Shown here: piece by piece, positions 9,999 to 18,972 of the stretch
Layout of the letters: each line of letters begins with the position of its first letter
Position numbering within the stretch: the stretch's first letter is position 1
NCBI GenBank assembly: GCA_964549075.1
Contig: CAZJUB010000005.1
Location: 3,103-67,102, forward strand
DNA length: 64,000 nucleotides
From: an uncultured archaeon
GTDB taxonomy: Archaea; Asgardarchaeota; Heimdallarchaeia; Heimdallarchaeales; Heimdallarchaeaceae
Direction: 5' to 3'
Position numbers and translations under genes: made by a program
The notes under the pieces: model-generated
Database searches by the model: none
Told to the model about the DNA's origin: nothing
Seen by the model: only the letters and a program-made list of their open reading frames with translations

Positions 9999-10832
9999 TT
10001 ACAGCTTTCTATACCAATATTTCTTTCCAGTTTTCTTTTTCTTTTCATCCATTTCAGCTAATACCTTCACAGCATAATTTGCAGCTAAAATTGCTTCTTT
10101 TTCTCCTTTCACTCCAAATTCATTTGTTACTCTATTTGCATAAACAGCACATATTGCACCTGTTCTTGCTCCAAAAATCTGTCCTAATGTAAAAATATGT
10201 GATGCTTCCATTTCCATATTCACCACACCCATTTTTTGTAAATCAGGAACTATGAGATCTGTTTTTGATATTTTGTAATCGTTATAACCTGGTCTACCTT
10301 GTCCTACATAGAAACTTGATGAGGAAGCAGCTATTCCAACATGATACGTATAGTCCAACTCTTCACATGCTTCAATCAGAGCTAGGACTATCTCATGATT
10401 AGCAACAGCTGGAAAACTTTCAGGAACGTAATGAATACTTGATCCTTCTAATTTTACAGCAGCTATATTGATGACTAAATCTCCTATTTCCATACCTGCT
10501 TGCAAAGCTCCACATGAACCTACTCTAATGAATGTATTACATCCGATGTTAAGTAATTCAGTAATAGCTATTTCACAAGCTGGAGTGCCTATTCCAGTTG
10601 AAGTTACACTCACAGGAACATCGTAAACTTTCCCAGTATAGGAATAATATTGACGATGAGCTGCAACTTCTTTGTACTCTTGCCAACTTTCAGCTATCCT
10701 CTTTGCTCTTTCTGGATCTCCAGGAAGCATAACAGGTCCAAGTAAATCTCCAGGTTTACATTCTATATGATACTGCATTCCTTCCTCAAAGACTGGTTTA
10801 TCAGCTTCTATTTTCTTTTTATTTCCTTCCAT
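9999..10832 (-). CDS. udp: Uridine/purine nucleoside phosphorylase (PNP_UDP_1 family)
   Basis: GDPERAKRIAE, VTSTGIGTPACEIAITEL, FIRVGSCGAL and MEMEASHIF motifs of the hexameric NP-I family. Confidence 0.7.
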   Translation of the reverse strand: MEGNKKKIEADKPVFEEGMQYHIECKPGDLLGPVMLPGDPERAKRIAESWQEYKEVAAHRQYYSYTGKVYDVPVSVTSTGIGTPACEIAITELLNIGCNTFIRVGSCGALQAGMEIGDLVINIAAVKLEGSSIHYVPESFPAVANHEIVLALIEACEELDYTYHVGIAASSSSFYVGQGRPGYNDYKISKTDLIVPDLQKMGVVNMEMEASHIFTLGQIFGARTGAICAVYANRVTNEFGVKGEKEAILAANYAVKVLAEMDEKKKKTGKKYWYRKL

Positions 10833-10883
10833 ACATCTTTAATAAAAGGAGAGAATAAAAGTTTTTCACCTTTTTTTCTTCTC

Positions 10884-11528
10884 TTACTTCGATTTCTTAG
10901 AATATAAGAATAATATAGTCAATAGTGCTAAACTAATTATAGAGCCGCTTATATTACAGTTAAGAATTGATGAAATTGCTCCCCAGTTCAAAGGAAGTTC
11001 CTCATATGAGTAATATTCCCCAGATTTGTTTACTTGTAAATAAGTATGCAAATATTTTGCATTAATATCAGAATCGAATTCAATCCAGAAAGTGTAATTT
11101 CCGGAGGGTAAACAAGTGAAATTTTCAGGTAAAATTATTATGTTGAGTGAATAATTAACTTTAAGCAATCCTGATGGAATTATATAGCTATTTGAAGCTG
11201 GACTCTCTATTTCAGAGATCAAACCAAGATAGGTTTCATTTTCATATTGAGCTTCAAAACCTGTATTAAATAAACCAAAATTTCCTGTATTAACAGTTAC
11301 ATTTGATACTGAAGGATTCCATATTTCTAGTTGAATTAAAAAGTGAAATTCTGTTGCATCAAAATCATTTCCCTCATAGCGGATACCACAATAGAAATAA
11401 GAATAATTCTCATTTATTGAACTTATCCGAGTATAGAGCACTGTTTGTGCAGAAACTGAAGAAACACAAAACAGGGAAATAATGAGTACAATAAAAGATA
11501 TTGTAATTATATTTTGTTTTCTCATCAT
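10884..11528 (-). CDS. Secreted, C-terminally membrane-anchored glycoprotein-like protein (paralog of 57904..58596)
   Basis: N-terminal signal peptide (IITISFIVLIISLFCVSSVSA), many N-x-S/T sequons, C-terminal TM plus KKSK tail. Shares LPSGNYTFW with LPDGNYTLW of the 230-aa protein. Confidence 0.5.
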   Translation of the reverse strand: MMRKQNIITISFIVLIISLFCVSSVSAQTVLYTRISSINENYSYFYCGIRYEGNDFDATEFHFLIQLEIWNPSVSNVTVNTGNFGLFNTGFEAQYENETYLGLISEIESPASNSYIIPSGLLKVNYSLNIIILPENFTCLPSGNYTFWIEFDSDINAKYLHTYLQVNKSGEYYSYEELPLNWGAISSILNCNISGSIISLALLTILFLYSKKSK

Positions 11529-11565
11529 ATGAGATTATCTTATCTTTTTATAAGTTCTTTGAATC

Positions 11566-12825
11566 TTATTTATCTTCGTTTAAAATTTCTTTAGCCCTAT
11601 CTACAGAAATATTTTTTTCTGCGACCATAATTTCAGCAATATTATCGATTTGCTCACCTGTCGCTCCTGCAGTAATAGCTATATTTCGTGCGTGTAGAGA
11701 CATGTGTCCTGCTTGAATCCCTTCTGAGACTAGTGCTCTTAATGCTGCCAGATTCTGAGCTAGACCAACTGCACCTAAAATCCCAGCAAATTCACTCACT
11801 TCAGAAATCGACATTATCTTGAAAGCTAGCTGATAAATTGGATTTACATTAATTGCTCCACCTAATATTCCAACAAATGTCGGGAGTTCAATAACTCCCT
11901 TTAAATCTCCTTCAGGTGTTTTTTCATAATGAGTTAAGGAGATATATCTTCCATTTCTTGCTGCAAACGCATGAGCTCCAGCTTCAATTGCTCTCGTATC
12001 ATTTCCTGTTGCCAGGCAAACTGCTATCACACCATTCATAACTCCCTTATTATGAGTGGTGCATCTGAAAATATCACTATTTGCGAAATCACAAGCAAGT
12101 AGAATTTTATCTACAACTTCTTCTCCACCCAAGAGTTCCTTATCGAAAACAGCTGAAACCTTTACTGTTCTTTTTACAGCATAATTGGAAATAATTTTAA
12201 GTAATACTTGTCCTCCTGTGAGCTCTTCTATTTTTGGAGAAATTATCTCAAGCATTGTATTAACTGTATTAGCTCCTTGGACATCTTTAACATTGACTAT
12301 CAAATGAACAACTAGATAATCTGCTAATTGTCCTTCTACTTCTCTTACTTCTACATCAGTAGCACCTCCACCAAGTCCAACAAGAACTTTGTTTGTGGAA
12401 TTTGCTAATTCTTTTAATTCATCTTTAACATCTAGAATTTTCTCTGTAGCTTCTTTAGGATTAGAAACATTCAAAACTTGTATTTGTCCTATAGCAAAAG
12501 ATCCAGAATAATGCGCTGTGAACCCACCTTTTTCTCTAGCTATTTTTGCCAAATAGCTAGCAGCTGCAACTACAGAAGATTCTTCTACTGCCATCGGAAC
12601 AAGATAATCCCTGTTATTGACAGTAAAATTAGTTGCAATACCTAGTGGGAGATTTACTCTACCTACTACATTTTCTATCATGTAACCTAAAATTTCATCA
12701 GAGATATTAGCACCTTCTAATGTTTTCAAATCTTGAGGTGATAAATCTAATAATGAAACAAGTTTAGCTTTTCTTTCTTCTATAGAGAGATTATAAAAAT
12801 TCTCAATTCTAGAGCTTAAAGGCAT
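11566..12825 (-). CDS. Class II (NAD(P)H, Pseudomonas mevalonii-type) HMG-CoA reductase
   Basis: Near-colinear with P. mevalonii MvaA as recalled: MIENVVGRVNLPLGIATNF, LVPMAVEESSVVAAASY, VQGANTVNTM, THNKGVMNG, ATGNDTRAIEAGAHA, GLAQNLAALRAL, GIQAGHMSLHARN. I place the start at MPLSS (ATG 12825). The longer track ORF (to 12885) would overlap the eS17 gene. Confidence 0.9.
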   Translation of the reverse strand: MPLSSRIENFYNLSIEERKAKLVSLLDLSPQDLKTLEGANISDEILGYMIENVVGRVNLPLGIATNFTVNNRDYLVPMAVEESSVVAAASYLAKIAREKGGFTAHYSGSFAIGQIQVLNVSNPKEATEKILDVKDELKELANSTNKVLVGLGGGATDVEVREVEGQLADYLVVHLIVNVKDVQGANTVNTMLEIISPKIEELTGGQVLLKIISNYAVKRTVKVSAVFDKELLGGEEVVDKILLACDFANSDIFRCTTHNKGVMNGVIAVCLATGNDTRAIEAGAHAFAARNGRYISLTHYEKTPEGDLKGVIELPTFVGILGGAINVNPIYQLAFKIMSISEVSEFAGILGAVGLAQNLAALRALVSEGIQAGHMSLHARNIAITAGATGEQIDNIAEIMVAEKNISVDRAKEILNEDK

Positions 12826-12871
12826 GAATATAAAATAGAGGAGGGGATTAAAAAAGATTCTTTCAAAAGAG

Positions 12872-13090
12872 CTATAGTTCTTCAAGAACTTGTATTTTTT
12901 GATCTTTAAATTGTCTCATAATACGAGTAACATAACCAGCAATCAGATTTCTCATCTTTTTGGACATGGTTGAACAAACTTCTTCTACAACATGTTTGTT
13001 ATTTTCGAACTCTGTATTTAATTGATCATGGAAATCTCGTACAATTTGCTTAGATAATCTCTTAACTTGACTTGTTCGTATATTACCCAT
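12872..13090 (-). CDS. rps17e: Ribosomal protein eS17
   Basis: MGNIRTSQVKRLSKQIV... matches the conserved eS17 N-terminus. Start moved to ATG at 13090 (aa 10 of the track ORF). Confidence 0.75.
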   Translation of the reverse strand: MGNIRTSQVKRLSKQIVRDFHDQLNTEFENNKHVVEEVCSTMSKKMRNLIAGYVTRIMRQFKDQKIQVLEEL

Positions 13091-13153
13091 TTTATCTCTA
13101 TTTGGTGCTTTAAACAATGCATTTTAAATCTTGCTATCAAAGGCAAAATAGAA

Positions 13154-13873
13154 TTAGAAGTAAAATTGTTCTGTGGGGTAAACCTCTATACCATTCGAAG
13201 TTATTGCAAAAGGTCTTTCTGACATTTCATGCTTTAATCCTCGCATTTTTCTGATATTTAGACTTCGAATAGCTACATTATTTTTGTACTCATAATTTAG
13301 AACAATCACTCCTTGGCTCATAAACTCCTCTACACCAAATCTACTCACTATTCCCCCTCTCATCTCACTTGTTAGGATAGTAGTACATTCTAAAGAAGAC
13401 ATTACAGCGCTAAGTTTGAGAATTTGTCTTCTAATCTGTTGCTCAGATGCCATGGAGAGTGCTAAGGCTGTAATACTATCAATTACAACTCTTTCAGCTG
13501 ATGTTTTATCTATGATTTCAACCAGTTGAGTAATAAGCTCATCAACATCTACAGCTGTTTGATATTGTTCATTTGAACTAACACCAGCTCTTGGACTAAA
13601 ACCATCAATGATGACCAGAAGATTGTCTTTTTCGATATCATTGAGATTCCATCCAAAGTTTAAGGTTTCTTCTCTTACATGTGTAGGATGTTCGTCAAAA
13701 GAAACGAATATACCACTTTCTCCGCCAGAAACTATTCCATGATAAAGAAATTGCATCCCAAAAGTAGATTTTCCTGCTCCTGCAGGTCCAGAAACGAGAA
13801 TTGTTCTACCTTTAGGTAATCCTCCGCCTAGGATTCCATCAAGTCCAATAATGCCAGTTTCTATTAATTCCAT
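13154..13873 (-). CDS. Single-domain KaiC-like (RecA-superfamily) ATPase
   Basis: GIIGLDGILGGGLPKG, Walker A GPAGAGKST, FGWNL, Walker B VVIDSIT, and the KMRG motif near the C-terminus. Confidence 0.8.
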   Translation of the reverse strand: MELIETGIIGLDGILGGGLPKGRTILVSGPAGAGKSTFGMQFLYHGIVSGGESGIFVSFDEHPTHVREETLNFGWNLNDIEKDNLLVIIDGFSPRAGVSSNEQYQTAVDVDELITQLVEIIDKTSAERVVIDSITALALSMASEQQIRRQILKLSAVMSSLECTTILTSEMRGGIVSRFGVEEFMSQGVIVLNYEYKNNVAIRSLNIRKMRGLKHEMSERPFAITSNGIEVYPTEQFYF

Positions 13874-13930
13874 AAGTTCATGAGAACATTAATTATAAAA
13901 AGAGTTTCGGAAGTGATAGTGACAAAATCA

Positions 13931-15730
13931 CTATTCAACTTTTCTTAACTCCCAACCACCTGGTGATCTAAACATTAGTGTATGTTCGGAGAGACTATCC
14001 ATATTCAAGATCAGCTCCACATCGTGTTCTTTACGAAAGTATGAGGAAGCAAGTGTAATCTTGAATCTTCCGTTAATCAAATGTATGATATTTCCAAGAT
14101 TTGAATTATCTGTAAATTCATTATTCTCGTCAACAATAGCTATACGAGCCATAATACCCCAATTCATAACTCTAATTATAGGAGTTAACTTATTTTTTGT
14201 TCTCATTTGTCCAACACCAACACAATATAATGCAGATTTGAAATCTATTGGAAGTGCTGAAAGATCAACAAAATCTGGAGTTATATATTCTTCCAAATCT
14301 TTCGGACGAGAAGTCACCTGTAATTCAACCTTGTAGCTTGATTTTATTTCAGGGAATTTATCTACAAATACTTCATATAAGGAATTAATTTTGTTCTTTA
14401 TTTGAGAATAACCAGAGAAATACAACCAGCTTAGATATTCTAGACTTGCAATACAGAGACCTCTATTTTTCGAATTTAAAGAGAGGTAGAAGGTTTGTTC
14501 AAACATCAATGATGCTTTTCTAAGCTCGTTTAATTGCATAAACTTGAATCCCAATTGATTGATAAATTCTATATTGTCTAAATCTAGGTCTTTGGCTTTT
14601 TCAACAGCTGCATTCCCTCCGATAACAACAGTAAGTAAAATTAAAGCTCTTATGACATTCACTACATCTGTTCTTTGATACTGATTGCACTCATCCTCAA
14701 AAGCAGGTGTAAAATATGAATTTAGTCTTTGTATCTGACCAGATAAGAGGAGTATAATCATGCGCAGAAAATGTACATCTAAACCATATTCTTTGGATGC
14801 ATCACTGCTTTGAAAGAGTATCATCAGTAATTTATCCATATATACTCTTGCTAAGTCCACTTTTCTATTTTCAATTAAACAGATACAGGCTAAATATTGT
14901 AATCTTCCCAATAGTAAAAGAGCTTCATTATAAATCACATGATCTTCTATCTTATCAACAGCTAATTTCCATTCTACTAAATAGTCAGTAATCTCTCTTA
15001 CTCTAGAAAGCAATTCTCTTTCTAGTAATTTATATTGACCTTGCCTGAAGTCTTCATCTAATCCATGAAAATCGCTTTGAATTTCAGTTAAAAGCTCCTT
15101 AAGTTGCAAGGATTCTATCGAAAAACCATCAACTTTCTCAAGATCAGTTCTACTTATTTGTGAGAGTTTTTCTTCATACTCAGATTGTATCACAGATACG
15201 GCAGAATCGATAATCTTTCGTATTCTTTTGACAGGATCATAACGATTAGTACTTTCAACCGAATACCTAATTTCAGCAGTAATTAACCTATTCTCTAGTT
15301 CCTTTAAGAATGATTCTTGAGAATGATCCTTGTTATCTGCTATGATTAATCTAAGGAAAGCACTGTTTGTTAATGTAGAAATACCAAGAAGTTCAGCTGT
15401 TTCGAGAAGTTTTAAATCACTACTCACAACAGTCGCATTTAATCTATCAGCAACATGAATTACAGATAAATCTGGCTTTTGTGGAAGATTAGCTGTAAGT
15501 TTGAGAATCTTAGTGATAAAATCCTGAAATTTGTGAGGATCTACTGCTTCTTCTTTTACATGAGGTAATATTTCTCTCAATAAAAAGAAACGCATCTCAT
15601 TTTTAATTAATGAAGGTAAGAAAATCTCAACTTTTACATCTTTTATAGTTTTAGCAAATTTAGGGTATTTATTTGGTTGTGATTGAAAACCACTGATGTA
15701 GAAATTAGTATCTATAACATAGCGAGACAT
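13931..15730 (-). CDS. PIN-domain nuclease fused to large helical-repeat and beta-rich C-terminal regions
   Basis: N-terminal about 135 aa carry PIN acidic signatures (YVIDTN, IKNEMRFF, IHVADRL, VVSSDLK). The remaining about 460 aa match no family I recognise. Confidence 0.55.
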   Translation of the reverse strand: MSRYVIDTNFYISGFQSQPNKYPKFAKTIKDVKVEIFLPSLIKNEMRFFLLREILPHVKEEAVDPHKFQDFITKILKLTANLPQKPDLSVIHVADRLNATVVSSDLKLLETAELLGISTLTNSAFLRLIIADNKDHSQESFLKELENRLITAEIRYSVESTNRYDPVKRIRKIIDSAVSVIQSEYEEKLSQISRTDLEKVDGFSIESLQLKELLTEIQSDFHGLDEDFRQGQYKLLERELLSRVREITDYLVEWKLAVDKIEDHVIYNEALLLLGRLQYLACICLIENRKVDLARVYMDKLLMILFQSSDASKEYGLDVHFLRMIILLLSGQIQRLNSYFTPAFEDECNQYQRTDVVNVIRALILLTVVIGGNAAVEKAKDLDLDNIEFINQLGFKFMQLNELRKASLMFEQTFYLSLNSKNRGLCIASLEYLSWLYFSGYSQIKNKINSLYEVFVDKFPEIKSSYKVELQVTSRPKDLEEYITPDFVDLSALPIDFKSALYCVGVGQMRTKNKLTPIIRVMNWGIMARIAIVDENNEFTDNSNLGNIIHLINGRFKITLASSYFRKEHDVELILNMDSLSEHTLMFRSPGGWELRKVE

Positions 15731-15765
15731 TAAAAGAAGATATGAAAAGGACTATTTTTATCTTT

Positions 15766-16701
15766 TTATGATGATTTATTTGTTTTTATATGGTTAAATA
15801 ACTCTGTTAAACCATCATTTAAGGTTACAGAAGGTTTAAAACCTAAGATGCTTTTAGCTTTCTCTATAGAACAATAGCTATCTCTGATATCTCCAATTCG
15901 TTCTTCCACATGTATAGGTGTGATAGTTTTTCCACTAATCTTGATAATCATGTTTGCTAACTCTATAATTGAAGTTCCTTTACCTGAACCAATATTGAAA
16001 ATACGTTGAGGATCTGTATCTTTTTCTAGAGCTAACTTAATAGCAATCGCAGCATCACTAGCATGAATAAAATCACGTGTTTGAAGTCCATCTCCCTCAA
16101 TTTGTGGAGGTAAGTCCTGTAGAACTGCATTTATAAATTTATAAATTACACCTGCATAAGGATCATCTTCTTTTTGAAGGGGACTATACAAATTAAATGG
16201 TAGTATCACAATCGAGTTCAGATTAAATAGATCAGCATAAAGAAGAGCATATTTCTCAGCAACATATTTGCTTAATCCATAAGGTGAAATAGGATTACGT
16301 GGGTGCTCCTCAGTTATTGGTAAGAAATGTGGTTGTCCAATTGTTGCTGCTGAACTAAGGTAGATAAATTTCTTTACATTATTATTTTTTGCATACTCCA
16401 GCAAATTAAGGGTTCCCAAAATATTGGTTTGAGCATCTATTATAGGATCAATTACTGATTTATTGATACTTATTTGTGCAGCACAGTGGATAACGTAATC
16501 CACAGCTGGAATTGATTTCAGAAATTCTGAATCTTCTATACTTCCTTTATGAAAAATCACGTTTTCAGGGGGATTAAACTTACTACTTGTCTCATTATCT
16601 AAGATATGGATTTTATAGCTTCCTTTGAGAGATTGATAAAGAAAATAACCGATTTGACCTAGCCCACCAGTTATGAGAATAGCTTGATCTTTTATAGTCA
16701 T
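15766..16701 (-). CDS. NAD-dependent nucleotide-sugar epimerase/dehydratase (extended SDR)
   Basis: ILITGGLGQIGYFL Rossmann motif, YGLSKYVAE (YxxxK), 311 aa. Confidence 0.8.
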   Translation of the reverse strand: MTIKDQAILITGGLGQIGYFLYQSLKGSYKIHILDNETSSKFNPPENVIFHKGSIEDSEFLKSIPAVDYVIHCAAQISINKSVIDPIIDAQTNILGTLNLLEYAKNNNVKKFIYLSSAATIGQPHFLPITEEHPRNPISPYGLSKYVAEKYALLYADLFNLNSIVILPFNLYSPLQKEDDPYAGVIYKFINAVLQDLPPQIEGDGLQTRDFIHASDAAIAIKLALEKDTDPQRIFNIGSGKGTSIIELANMIIKISGKTITPIHVEERIGDIRDSYCSIEKAKSILGFKPSVTLNDGLTELFNHIKTNKSS

Positions 16702-16795
16702 ATAAAGTATTAAGGGTAAAACTTTTTAAAAGCATAACGTTCTTTTGCTCATTAGACTTACTAATATTTTATGAGTAAAGAATAAAGGTGAAGAA

Positions 16796-17878
16796 ATGTC
16801 GAAAAAGATTCGAGTTGCAATCGCTGGTTTAGGTAATTGCGCTTCAGCTCTAGTTCAAGGTCTAGAGTACTACAAAAATGCGGATGAAAACGATTTCATT
16901 CCTGGCATTATGCATGTTAAATTTGGAGATTACCACCTTTCTGATATAGAGCTTGCCACAGTATTTGAGGTAAATGCCATGAAAATTGGAAAAGACATAT
17001 CAGAAGCAATCTGGCAAAAACCAAATGTATGTAAAAAATTCTCAGATGTTCCTCATAAAGGTATTGAGGTTCTCCCTGGTCCAATTAGTGATGGAGTAGC
17101 ACCTCATATGAAGAAATCCTTTCATTGCTATGATGAATCATCAATAAAAGCTGTTAATGTAGCAGAGATTCTTAAGGAAAAAGATGTAGATGTTTTAATC
17201 AACTTTTTACCTGTTGGAAGTGAGAATGCTACTAAAATTTATGCTCAAGCTGCATTAGATTCAAATGTTGCATTAGCAAATGGAATCCCTGCTTTTATAG
17301 CTTCAAATGAAGAATGGGGAAGAAAATTCACTGAAAAAAATATTCCAGTAGCTGGTGATGATATTAAATCACAACTTGGAGCGACCATATTACACAGAAT
17401 GCTTGTTTCTCTAGCTCATGATAGAGGTATAAAAATGGATGAAACTTTTCAGCTAAATATCGGTGGAAATACTGACTTTGAAAATATGAAAAAAGAGTAC
17501 AGATTAACTACTAAAAGGATATCTAAAACTGAAGCTGTCACAAGTATGATCCCTTATGAAGTACCAACAAGAATTGGACCTTCAGATTATGTACCATTTC
17601 TTGAAGATGAAAAAATATGTTATTTATGGTTGAAAGGTAAGAATTTTGGAGAACAACCGTTATCTGTTCAATTAAAATTATCAGTTCAAGATTCTCCAAA
17701 TAGCGCAGGAGTAATGATTGATGTAGTAAGATCTCTAAAAATCGCACAGGATAGAAATATTGGTGGACCTTTAATTGGTGTTTCCAGCTATTTCTTCAAA
17801 CATCCTCCAAAACAGATAAATGATTCTCAAGCTAAAGAACTTGTTGAGAAATTTATTAGAGGAGAGATAACTAATTAG
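16796..17878 (+). CDS. myo-inositol-1-phosphate (inositol-3-phosphate) synthase, copy 1
   Basis: KIRVAIAGLGNCASALVQG, VAGDDIKSQLGAT, SPNSAGVMIDVVR. AGGTGA SD sits 5 nt before the ATG. Confidence 0.8.
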   Translation: MSKKIRVAIAGLGNCASALVQGLEYYKNADENDFIPGIMHVKFGDYHLSDIELATVFEVNAMKIGKDISEAIWQKPNVCKKFSDVPHKGIEVLPGPISDGVAPHMKKSFHCYDESSIKAVNVAEILKEKDVDVLINFLPVGSENATKIYAQAALDSNVALANGIPAFIASNEEWGRKFTEKNIPVAGDDIKSQLGATILHRMLVSLAHDRGIKMDETFQLNIGGNTDFENMKKEYRLTTKRISKTEAVTSMIPYEVPTRIGPSDYVPFLEDEKICYLWLKGKNFGEQPLSVQLKLSVQDSPNSAGVMIDVVRSLKIAQDRNIGGPLIGVSSYFFKHPPKQINDSQAKELVEKFIRGEITN

Positions 17879-17886
17879 GTGATAAA

Positions 17887-18957
17887 ATGAAAGAAGATAT
17901 CATAAAAATTGCAATTGCTGGTGTAGGTAATTGCGCTTCAGGTTTAATTCAAGGAATTGATTACTTACAAACTTATGAAGAAAAACGAAAGAAACTACTT
18001 CATCCTAAAATTAGCAGCTATGAGGTGAAAAATATCGAAATCGTAGCAGCATTTGATGTTGATAAAGAAAAAGTAGGAAAAGATGTTTCTGAAGCTATTT
18101 TTGCACCAATAAATAGTACTCCAAAGTTTATAGATGTTGAGCAAAAAAATGTGACTGTGGTTAAAGGGCCTTTAAAAGATGGACTCACAGGACATCTTCA
18201 AGAAGTTATCAAAGTGGCAGAAAATCCTGAAGCTGATGTTACAAAGATTCTTCAAGAATCAGGAGCTGAAATTCTTATTTGTGCATTACCGACTGGAGCA
18301 GAAGAAGCTGTAAAAGCATATGCTCAAGCTGCTTTAGATACCGAAGTAGCTTTTATCAATTGTACTCCTACTTTGATAGCGAGTAATCCTGAATGGGCTA
18401 GAAAATTCAAAAAATCGAATATTTGTCTAATTGGGGATGACTTACAATCTCTAGCTGGTGGAACTGTTCTCCATAAAGGTTTTCTTGACGTTCTTAAAGA
18501 ACAAGGAGTTAAAATCAAAGACACTTATCAGCTAGATGTTGCAGGTGGTCTTGAAACACTTAATACTTTAGATGATGAAAGAAAGCAATACAAAAGAGAG
18601 GTTAAAGAAAGAACCATACGAGAATCTTTTGGGAATGATATAAATTTAGCAAGCGGTACTTCTGATTACCTTGAATTTCTTGGGAATAGACGTATAGGCC
18701 ATTTCTGGATTTTGGGTGAAGGATTTATGGACATGCCCATTAAAATCGATATTCGTTTAGAGACTCTAGATGGTCCTAATGCAGCAGGAACCTTAGTTGA
18801 TGTAATTCGAGCGACCAAACTTGCCATTAACAGAGCTGGAAGTGGACCAATTAGTTCAATTTGTGCCTATGGATTTAAGGCACCACCAGTTACAACAGAA
18901 AGACATACTGCTCATCAATGGTTTAATGAATATTTAGAAGGAATTCGTTCTGACTGA
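17887..18957 (+). CDS. myo-inositol-1-phosphate synthase, divergent tandem copy 2
   Basis: IKIAIAGVGNCASGLIQG, IGDDLQSLAGGT, GPNAAGTLVDVIR. AGGTGA SD. Starts 8 nt after the stop of copy 1. Confidence 0.75.
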   Translation: MKEDIIKIAIAGVGNCASGLIQGIDYLQTYEEKRKKLLHPKISSYEVKNIEIVAAFDVDKEKVGKDVSEAIFAPINSTPKFIDVEQKNVTVVKGPLKDGLTGHLQEVIKVAENPEADVTKILQESGAEILICALPTGAEEAVKAYAQAALDTEVAFINCTPTLIASNPEWARKFKKSNICLIGDDLQSLAGGTVLHKGFLDVLKEQGVKIKDTYQLDVAGGLETLNTLDDERKQYKREVKERTIRESFGNDINLASGTSDYLEFLGNRRIGHFWILGEGFMDMPIKIDIRLETLDGPNAAGTLVDVIRATKLAINRAGSGPISSICAYGFKAPPVTTERHTAHQWFNEYLEGIRSD

Positions 18958-18972
18958 TGATCCTTCTTTTCT

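Noticed and set aside
12826-12885. 20-codon N-terminal extension of the HMG-CoA reductase track ORF, overlapping the eS17 gene.
   Set aside because: Homology to class II HMGR begins at MPLSSRIENF. The extension (MKNYSSFERIFFNPLLYFIF) has no counterpart and would overlap the eS17 coding end.
13154-13873. Considered calling the 239-aa RecA-fold ATPase RadB or the archaellum protein ArlH.
   Set aside because: Its motifs (GLD.ILGGGLP.G, FGW, KMRG) fit generic KaiC-like ATPases. It is 45 kb from the pilus-like locus and no recombination or archaellum genes are adjacent.
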